Assembly: GCA_038087875.1 (NCBI GenBank) | Contig: CM075992.1 | Span: 11,224,001 to 11,288,000 of the forward strand | DNA from: Malacoraja senta | Lineage: Eukaryota | Length of the DNA stretch: 64,000 nucleotides | Direction of reading: 5' to 3' | In this document: positions 1 to 7,943 of the stretch, piece after piece | Layout of the letters: every line of letters starts with the position of its first letter | How positions within the stretch are numbered: the first letter of the stretch is position 1 | Made by a program: the position numbers and the translations under genes | The notes under the pieces: generated by a model | What the model saw: only the letters and a program-made list of their open reading frames with translations | The model's database searches: none | Told to the model about the DNA's origin: nothing

Positions 1-164
1 GCCTTGAGGTAATAATCTGCCCCTTGTTGTTGCCACCAAAGTGGATAACCTCACATTTATCTATATTATGCTGCATCTGTCACGCATCTGCCCACTCACT
101 CAAACTGTCCAGGTCACCCTGCAACCTCCTAACATCCTCTTCACAGTTCACACTGCCACCCAGC
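1..164 (-). mobile_element. Antisense CR1 LINE ORF2 (RT) fragment inside the hAT transposase remnant
   Basis: Reverse complement encodes GGSVNCEEDVRRLQGDLD...QHNIDKCEVIHFGG, matching RT of the intact CR1 ORF2 at 7944-10907; same fragment at 790-1041, 14038-14298, 24568-24888. Confidence 0.9.
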
Positions 165-302
165 CAAAAACAAGTCAAAATATTTAGATATTAACAATAT
201 TCCAGAAGATTCACTTTTAACCTTTGGGGATAATGATGTAGAAGAAATTGCAGAACAATTTGGCTTAAATGGTCTGCTTTGTATCAGGACCTTCAGAGAA
301 TT

Positions 303-789
303 GAACAAAGAGAAGCAGGAGAAAGCACTGATTGGCTCTAGCCCGAGTGGGAGGAGAGTTAGAAGTGAGTCAGAGGGGGAAAACAGTTTAAAACTGTGGA
401 ATTTAGTTTGTAAATTGGTAAATTAGGCAATTTATCAGTCAATATAAGCAGGACGGCTCTTAGGGAGCAGCCTTGTGAATGAAGTGCCTTGTGAGGGAAG
501 TGTCTTGTGAGGGAAGTGCGAGTCTTTGGCTCGAGAGTCTTCGGCGAGGAGGCTGAGGAGGCTACGCAAAACGCTGGAGAGGGAGAGACGAAAGAAGGAG
601 ATGTCAAGCAAACTGATTCAGTGTGATGCTTGCAGTATGTGGGAGGTCATGGACACTGCTGGTGCCTCTGGCTGCTACAAATGTGAGAAGTGCATCCAGG
701 TACAGCTCCTGAAGGACCATGTTGGGGAACTGGAGAAGCAAGTGGATGACCTCGGGTTCGTCCGAGAAACTGAGTCGTTCCTCGACAAG
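303..789 (+). mobile_element. CR1 5' UTR plus first ~63 codons of ORF1, truncated by a rearrangement junction
   Basis: ATG at 601 (MSSKLIQCDACSMWEV...CYKCEKC) matches CR1 ORF1 at 6950 and 25325; after ...CTCGACAAG (789) the sequence switches to an antisense CR1 RT fragment. Confidence 0.9.
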
Positions 790-1041
790 CTTTCTTCACT
801 GTCTGCTGTACCTGCATGCCAACTTTCAGTGACCAATGTTCAAGGACACCCAGGTCTCGCTGTACCTCCCCCTTACCTAACCTAACCGCCTTGAGATAAT
901 AATCTGCCCACTTGTTATTGCCACCAAAGTGGATAACCTCACATTTATCTATATTATACTGCATCTGCCCACTCACTCAAACTGTCCAGGTCACCCTGCA
1001 ACCTCCTAACATCCTCTTCACAGTTCACACTGCCACCCAGC
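790..1041 (-). mobile_element. Antisense CR1 RT fragment (second copy of the ~0.88-kb subrepeat)
   Basis: ORF 647..976(-) QMQYNIDKCEVIHFGG...QRDLGVLEH is CR1 RT; followed by hAT sequence CAAAAACAAGTCAAATATTTAG as at 165. Confidence 0.9.
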
Positions 1042-1139
1042 CAAAAACAAGTCAAATATTTAGATATTAACAATATTCCAGAAGATTCACTTTTAACCTT
1101 TGGGGATAATGATGTAGAAGAAATTGCAGAACAATGTAG

Positions 1140-3539
1140 TCTTCTGCTAGTCTGCCTAGCCCTGGTTATCTCAGTGGCAGTTCCACTGATTCTTCCCCAT
1201 CCCTCTCCAACTATGGGACCACTTCTCTTCCACACCCACACCACTGCCCTCTCACCCCCCCACCCCCTGACCACCCACCACCCCCCCACCACACATCGCC
1301 TCGTCCCCATTACACCCACCTGCCTTCCTCCGGCCCCAACCCCCATCCCTGCCGGGTGTTCACCATCCCCCCCGACCTCCCCCTCTCCGACATCGAACGG
1401 TCTGTCCTCAGCAGAGGTCTTACCTTTGTCCCCCTCCGTCCCCATCTCAATGAGTTCCGTGCCCTCCATGACTTGGAACGCTTCTACCGTCGCCTCCGCC
1501 TCACAGCTCACTTCCATGGGAAGCAGTCCTCGCTCCCCACTGATGACCCCTTTTCCCGTCTCCAACGCACCCCATCCTCATGGAACCCCCCTCGCAGCCT
1601 TCCGGCTTTAGAACTCTTTATTAAAAACTGCCGCCGTGACATCCACCGCCTCAACTTCTCCACTCCCCTGTCTCACTCCAATCTCTCCCCCCTTGAACGC
1701 ACTGCCATCGACTCACTCCGCAACAACCTAGATTGGGTTATCAAACCCGCCGACAAGGGAGGTGCCGTGGTAGTCTGGCGCGTCGACCTCTACAAAGCTG
1801 AGGCCACGCGCCAACTCTCGGACACCTCTTCCTACTTACCCCTGGACCATGACCCCACTGACGAGCACCAGGCCACCATCTCCAGCACCATCACCAACTT
1901 CATCCACTCCCACGCCCTGCCCGAACGAGCCTCCAACCTCATCGTTCCCCAGCCCCGCACAGCCCGCTTTTACCTTCTCCCCAAAATCCACAAACCTGAC
2001 TGTCCCGGTAGACCCATTGTCTCTGCCTGTTCTTGCCCCACCGAACTCATCTCCACCTACCTCGACTCCATACTATCCCCCTTGGTTAAATCCCTCCCCA
2101 CCTATGTTCAAGACACCTCAGACACTCTCCGTCATCTCCGCGCATTCCACTCTCTAGGCCCTCACCCCCTCATCTTCACCATGGACGTCCAGTCACTGTA
2201 CACCTCCATCCCCCACCAGGATGGTCTCAAAGCCCTCCGTTTTTTCCTCGACCGGAGAAGCAATCTATACCCGGCCACTGACACCCTCCTCCGCCTAGCG
2301 GAGCTGGTACTTACACTTAATAACTTTTCATTCGACTCCTCCCATTTCCTCCAAATACAAGGCGTAGCTATGGGCACACGCATGGGCCCCAGCTACGCCT
2401 GCCTCTTTGTCGGGTACGTAGAACAATCCCTGTTCAATGCGTACCAGGGCCCCATCCCCGACCTCTACCTCCGCTACATCGATGATTGTTTTGGTGCCAC
2501 ATCCTGCACCCACACACAACTGACTGACTTCATCCGCTTCACCACCAACTTCCATCCGGCACTTAAATACACCTGGACCATTTCCGACACTTCCCTACCA
2601 TTCCTTGACCTCACTATCTCCATCGCAGGTGATAGACTCCTTACCGACATCCACTACAAACCTACCGACTCCCATGGCTATCTGGACTACACTTCTTCCC
2701 ACCCTGCTTCCTGTAAGGACTCCATCCCCCACTCCCAATTCCTCCGTCTACGCCGCATCTGCTCCCAGGATGAGGCGTTCCACACCAGGGCATCTGAAAT
2801 GTCCTCATTCTTCAGGGAACGGGGGTTCCCCTCCTCCACCATAGATGAGGCTCGCACCAGGGTCTCTGCCATACCCCGCAACACTGCTCTCTCTCCCCAT
2901 CCCCCCACTCACAACAAAGGCAGAGTCCCCCTAGTCCTCACCTTTCACCCCACCAGCCGTCACATACAACAAGTGATCCTCCGTCAGTTTCGCCACCTCC
3001 AACGTGACCCCACCACTCGCCACATCTTCCCATCTCCCCCTATGTCTGCCTTCCGCAAAGACCGCTCCCTCCGTAACTCCCTTGTCAATTCTTCCCTTCC
3101 CTCCCATACCACCCCCTCCCCTGGTACTTTCCCTTGCAACCGCAAGAGATGCAACACTTGTCCCTTCACTTCCCCCCTCCACTCCATTCCAGGACCCAAG
3201 CAGTCGTTCCAGGTGCGACAGAGGTTCACCTGCATCTCCTCCAACCTCATCTATTGCATTCGCTGCTCTAGATGCCAGCTGATCTACATCGGTGAGACCA
3301 AGCGGAGGCTTGGCGATCGTTTCGCCGAACACCTCCGGTCGGTCCGCAATAACCAACCTGAACTCCCGGTGGCTCAGCACTTCAACTCCCCCTCCCATTC
3401 CGTATCTGACCTCTCTGTCCTGGGTCTCCTCCATGGCCACAGCGAGCAACACCGTAAATTGGAGGAAATGCACCTCATATTCCGCTTGGGCAGTCTACAC
3501 CCTGGTGGCCTGAACGTTGAATTCTCCCAAATCTGCTAG
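1140..3539 (+). CDS. Penelope-like RT + GIY-YIG endonuclease ORF (stop-free, no ATG at the 5' end; open from the 5' junction)
   Basis: IKPADKGG, FYLLPKIHK, MDVQSLYTSIP, GVAMG, RYIDD, PFLD motifs; Cys linker CNRKRCNTC typical of Neptune; LIYCIRC...IYIGET...RFAEH GIY-YIG. The ORF track starts at GTG 1356, but the frame reads open back to 1140. Confidence 0.92.
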   Translation, partial: SSASLPSPGYLSGSSTDSSPSLSNYGTTSLPHPHHCPLTPPPPDHPPPPHHTSPRPHYTHLPSSGPNPHPCRVFTIPPDLPLSDIERSVLSRGLTFVPLRPHLNEFRALHDLERFYRRLRLTAHFHGKQSSLPTDDPFSRLQRTPSSWNPPRSLPALELFIKNCRRDIHRLNFSTPLSHSNLSPLERTAIDSLRNNLDWVIKPADKGGAVVVWRVDLYKAEATRQLSDTSSYLPLDHDPTDEHQATISSTITNFIHSHALPERASNLIVPQPRTARFYLLPKIHKPDCPGRPIVSACSCPTELISTYLDSILSPLVKSLPTYVQDTSDTLRHLRAFHSLGPHPLIFTMDVQSLYTSIPHQDGLKALRFFLDRRSNLYPATDTLLRLAELVLTLNNFSFDSSHFLQIQGVAMGTRMGPSYACLFVGYVEQSLFNAYQGPIPDLYLRYIDDCFGATSCTHTQLTDFIRFTTNFHPALKYTWTISDTSLPFLDLTISIAGDRLLTDIHYKPTDSHGYLDYTSSHPASCKDSIPHSQFLRLRRICSQDEAFHTRASEMSSFFRERGFPSSTIDEARTRVSAIPRNTALSPHPPTHNKGRVPLVLTFHPTSRHIQQVILRQFRHLQRDPTTRHIFPSPPMSAFRKDRSLRNSLVNSSLPSHTTPSPGTFPCNRKRCNTCPFTSPLHSIPGPKQSFQVRQRFTCISSNLIYCIRCSRCQLIYIGETKRRLGDRFAEHLRSVRNNQPELPVAQHFNSPSHSVSDLSVLGLLHGHSEQHRKLEEMHLIFRLGSLHPGGLNVEFSQIC

Positions 3540-3649
3540 CCCTGGCTGTCCCCTCCCCTTCATCAGCCATCTGGTTGTCTCCTCCCCTCCCCCAACCCTC
3601 GGGCTCCTCCTCCTCCTTTTCCTTTTTTCCTTTCTTCTCCCCACCCCCT

Positions 3650-3690
3650 ATCAGTCTGAAGAAGGGTTTCGGCCCGAAACGTTACCTATT
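3650..3690 (+). ncRNA. Minimal type-I hammerhead ribozyme-like motif in the PLE 3' end
   Basis: CTGAAGA (3656-3662), stem II GGG-TTTCGG-CCC, GAAAC-GTT with palindromic AACGTT stem III. Stem I pairing is only ~2 bp. PLEs are known to carry minimal hammerheads. Confidence 0.65.
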
Positions 3691-4015
3691 TCCTTCGCTC
3701 CATAGATGCTGCTGCACCCGCTGAGTTTCTCCAGCATTTTTGTGTACCTTCAATGTATTCTTCTTCTTCTTCTTCGGAGTTTTACGGCAGCCGGCATCCG
3801 CAATGTTGCATTGCTGCCACCTTCTGGCTTCATTCCACCATACTCATGTCTTTACATTATATCTTTTTAGAAGCCCAGAGGCCCTCAAGAAATCAAACAA
3901 CAACTTTATTCCTTTTCCTTTCCCTCCACACTCTAGAATGTTCTTTACTGATACTTCTGTCAATCCAATTTTCCTCCTTTCAATGATCATAAATCCTCTT
4001 TCTGTCTCATATCTC

Positions 4016-6473
4016 CTACATGCAATTAGGGCATGCTGAACTGCTTCTGGCTGATGGCATTCCCCACAGCCCAGTAGGGTGTTTTCCCAATATTTTTAAT
4101 GTGCTGTTCAGGTGAGTGTGTCCTATCCTCAATCTTGTTAATACTACCTGTTCCCTCCTGTTCCCCCCTCTTCTTGCTGTAATGCCCACTCTGTTTTGTA
4201 GCGTATAGAGGTGTCTCCCCTTTGTCTCCTGTTCCCAGTATTGTTGCCATTCCTGATTTATTTTCTTCCACACAATGTGTTTTCCTTCAGATTTGGATAG
4301 TTGTAAGTTTACCTCTGTGTTTCTTTTTTTTACAGCCTCCTTTACCAATTTATCCACCTTTTCATTCCCTAGAACACCAATGTGTGCTGGGACCCACAAC
4401 AACGTCACGTCACTGCCCCTCCTTGTCACTTGGCTTAATAGTAGCAGGATTTCGTACACTAAGTCAGGCCGCCTATGGGATGCACCAGACCCAATACTCT
4501 GGATTGCAGATAATGAGTCGCTACATATTAATACTTTACATGGTTGCATCTGTTCCATCCACCGAACTGCCATCAAAATAGCGTACAGTTCCACTGTATA
4601 TACTGTCAAATAGTTATTTGTTCTTTTGTAAAGCTCAACATTCATCCCCTGGACTACCACAGCCGCCCCTGTTGTTTCAGCTACTGGGTCCTTTGATCCA
4701 TCTGTGAAAATTAAGAGGTGTTCCCTGTATTTATTATCTATATGGTTATGATATTCTGTCTTTAGGTCTGAATTTCTGTTCCTCCTTTTTGCCTCCCATA
4801 TCTCCAGATCAACTTTTGGGATGTTCAGTAACCATATTGGCACAGATGGCCACAATACTGCAGGGCAGAACTCTTTGTCCTCTACTTCCATGTCCCTTGC
4901 CACAACTCCTCCAACCCAGCCAAAGCTTCCACACGGAGCCACCCCTCTCCCAGCACTCCTTTACTACCTGTTTTGTTGGGTGGTTCTCTCCATGACCTTT
5001 AAGGCTTAGCCAGTAATTAGCCATTAGTTGTCTGCGGCGCAGTCTCAATGGCATCTCCCCAGTTTCCACCTGTAGTGCACATACAGGTGATGTCCGCACA
5101 CCTCCTATACAGATTCTTAGAGCTTCCGCTTGGACTTTGTCCAACTCGGACAACACTGACTTAGATGCTGACCCATAAGCTATACTGCCATACTCTAGTC
5201 TAGATCTGACCAGTGATATATATATACGTTTAAGAGATAATACATCTGCTCCCCACTCTAAACCTGCCAAGCATCTCATTACATTGATGGCTTTTTTGCA
5301 TTTTTCAATTATTTTTGTAATGTGGACCCTCCATATTAATCTGGAGTCAAAATGAACCCCCAGGAAACGGAAATCTTTTAATCTTTCCAAATTGTTGCCG
5401 TATAGTTTTAACTGGACATCCTATTTAATTTTTTTCCTTGTGAAAACCATTGTCTTTGTCTTCTCTATAGAGAATTTAAAACCCCATTTCCCTCCCCACT
5501 CTTCCACCTGGGCTATCCCTTGCTGTACTTTTTCCACGATAAAATCTATATTCCTCCCCCTTCTCCATGGGCTGCCATCATCTGCAAAAAGGGATCGCCC
5601 CATCTCTGGTTGAATGTTTGCAAATATATCATTGATCATGATTGAGAATAGGATCGGGCTTATCGCACTTCCCCGGGGAGTTCCATTCTCGACTACACAT
5701 TTACTAGAGATGTCTGACCCTATTTTAACTTGGATACTTCTACCGTTGAGAAAATCCATTATCCAGTTAAAAATATTACATCCTACTCCCATTAAATGCA
5801 GCTTTATTAGAAGACCTTCTCTCCACAACATATCATAAGCCTACATCAAAAAATATGGTAACTGCAGATTCTTTTTTGACTTGTGCTTTCCTTATATCAT
5901 CTTCCAAGCACAGAACTGGATCATTAGTACCTCTCCCTCTTCTAAAGCCACTCTGATAATTAGCCACAATACCTTTTTCTTCCATTAGATGCATTAATCT
6001 TTCATTTACCAATCTTTCCATCAGTTTACACATGTGTGCTGTTAAAGCTATAGGTCTATAATTTACTAGGTTACTTGCATCTTTCCCTGGTTTTCTAATA
6101 GGCACAATGATTGCTTCCTTCCACCTCTCTGGTATTCGCCCTTCTTCCCACACCTTGTTATATAGTGCAAGTATCTTTTGGAGTCCCTCCTCACTTAGAT
6201 GTTTTATCATTATGTAAGAAATATCATCCTTCCCTGGGGCTGAGTTCTTACACTTGGCCAGAGCTCCCTTTAGCTCCCCCAAATTAAATGGAATATTGTA
6301 CTTGTCCTCTGTGATACCTTTCCTTTGTAAGGCCTCAACATTTTCCTCTCTTGTTCTTTCCCTACCTCTTCTTCCTTCATCTGATAAGTTGTGGGAGCTG
6401 TGAACCCTACTAAAAGTGTTAACCATTAGTTCTGCTTTGTCTTTATTTGATACTACAGTTTGATCTCCATTTG
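4016..6473 (-). pseudogene. Nimb/I ORF2 3' part: RT and RNase H, frameshifted
   Basis: SAPGKDDI, YRPIAL, QSGFR, GTPRGSAISP, LFADD, RFLGVHFD, then RNase H IFTDGSK...ELYAI...CSDS...WVPAHIGVLGNEKVD; spread over ORFs 5833-6612, 5421-5831, 4809-5390, 4016-4942. Confidence 0.9.
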
Positions 6474-6480
6474 ATCTCCA

Positions 6481-6748
6481 TTCAGAACTGCTGTAGATTT
6501 GGGAGCAACAGCAGCAGGAGATTAGCAAGAGATACGACTGATTGGCTCTAGCCCGAGTGGGAGGAGAGAAGTGAGTCAGAGGGGGGAAAAACAGTTGAAA
6601 AGTAGAAGCCAAGCACAGGCAGACTTTATTCAGAACTGCTGTAGATTTGGGAGCAACAGCAGCAGGAGATTAGCAAGAGATACGACTGATTGGCTCTCAC
6701 CCGAGTGGGAGGAGAGAAGTGAGTCAGTGCCGGGAAAACAGTTGAAAA
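6481..6748 (+). repeat. 148-bp tandem monomers in the CR1 5' UTR (~1.8 copies)
   Basis: TTCAGAACTGCTGTAGATTTGGGAGCAACAGC starts at 6481 and 6629; each copy has an inverted CCAAT (GATTGG) and TGAGTCA. Confidence 0.9.
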
Positions 6749-6949
6749 CTGAGGAATTTTGTTTGTAAATTGGTGAATCAGGCAATTTATCCGTCAATTT
6801 AAGCAAGACGGCTCTTAGCGAGCGGCAGTGAGTGAGGGGCCTTGTGAGGGAAGTGCCCTGTGAGAAAAGTGTGAGTCTTTGGCTCGAGAGTCTTCGGAGA
6901 GGAGAGGACACCACGCAATACGCTTGAGAGGTAGAGACAAAAGAAGGAG

Positions 6950-7876
6950 ATGTCAGGCAAGCTGATTCAGTGTGATGCTTGCAGTATGTGGGAGGTCAAG
7001 GACACCGCTGGTGCCTCTGGCTGCTACAAATGCGAGAAGTGCATCCAGGTACAGCTCCTGAAGGGCCGTGTTGGGGAACTGGAGAAGCAAGTGGATGACC
7101 TCCGGTTCGTCCGAGAAACGGAGTCGTTCCTCGACAAGTCCTACAGTACGATTGTTACACCTAAGGTACTGGAAGAGAGAAGGTGGGAGACGGTGAGAAA
7201 GGGAGGGAAGCATGGAATGCCAACGTCCCCGGGTGTTGTACCTCTTGTGAACAGGTTCACCCACTTAGAAGCTGTTGGGACAGAAGACGTGTTTACACTG
7301 AGCGGCGGACTGGCTTGCGATGCGAATAGGGCTGTTGAGCCAAAACCAAAAAGGCCTAAGGCAGGCAACGCCATTGTAGTGGGAGACTCCATTGTGAGAG
7401 GTACGGACAGGGGTTTCTGTGGCAACAGACGGGATGCGAGGATGGTGTGCTGCCTTCCTGGTGCCAGGATCCAGGATGTCACGGACAGAGTGCAGAAAAT
7501 CCTCAAGGGCGAAGGTGAACATCCGGAAGTGGTAGTGCATGTCGGCACAAACGATGTTGGAAAGAAGGGGATGAATATTCTGCAGCGTGACTTTAGAGAG
7601 CTCGGAAAAATGCTGAAAAGCAGGACCTCCAGGGTTGTTATCTCCGGTTTGCTTCCAGTTCCTCGTGCTGGCGAGAGCAGGAACAGGGAGATACGGGACC
7701 TGAACGTGTGGCTCAGGAACTGGTGCACGGGGCAGGGATTTAGATTCTTAGATCACTGGGATCTGTTTTGGGGTAAGGGGGAACTGTACAAAAGGGACGG
7801 ATTGCATCTTAACATGTGTGGGACCACCATTCTGGCAGGCAGGTTTGCCACTGCTACACGGGTGGTTTTAAACTGA
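6950..7876 (+). CDS. CR1 ORF1p: Zn finger/coiled coil + SGNH esterase-like domain
   Basis: CxxC...CxxC, heptad-like LLKGRVGELEKQVDDL, VVGDS, PGA, HVGTND, DGLH motifs; 308 aa, uninterrupted. Confidence 0.93.
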   Translation: MSGKLIQCDACSMWEVKDTAGASGCYKCEKCIQVQLLKGRVGELEKQVDDLRFVRETESFLDKSYSTIVTPKVLEERRWETVRKGGKHGMPTSPGVVPLVNRFTHLEAVGTEDVFTLSGGLACDANRAVEPKPKRPKAGNAIVVGDSIVRGTDRGFCGNRRDARMVCCLPGARIQDVTDRVQKILKGEGEHPEVVVHVGTNDVGKKGMNILQRDFRELGKMLKSRTSRVVISGLLPVPRAGESRNREIRDLNVWLRNWCTGQGFRFLDHWDLFWGKGELYKRDGLHLNMCGTTILAGRFATATRVVLN

Positions 7877-7943
7877 ATAAGGGGGGTGGGGTGTTGAATG
7901 GGATAGTGGAGGATGGAGTTAAAGGGAAAGGTTTCTTAAATGT

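Larger units (their letters stand above)
1139..3750 (+). mobile_element. Penelope-like element (Neptune type), 5'-truncated, with 7-bp TSD
   Basis: TSD CAATGTA at 1132-1138 and 3751-3757; single long ORF with PLE-type RT and GIY-YIG; pyrimidine-rich 3' UTR ending in the terminal segment also seen at 16745-16830. Confidence 0.93.

Noticed and set aside
873..888. CTTACCTAACCTAACC resembling telomeric (TTAGG)n
   Set aside because: Only two to three units, and it is CR1 coding sequence (AVRLGK) on the minus strand.
954..3513. Overlapping Pro/Ser-rich and antisense ORFs (954-1565, 1174-1611, 2931-3473 and others)
   Set aside because: Shadow frames of the C-rich Penelope ORF with no independent motifs.
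5833..6612. 259-aa minus-strand ORF with an apparent novel N-terminus
   Set aside because: Artefactual read-through from antisense CR1 5' UTR into Nimb ORF2.
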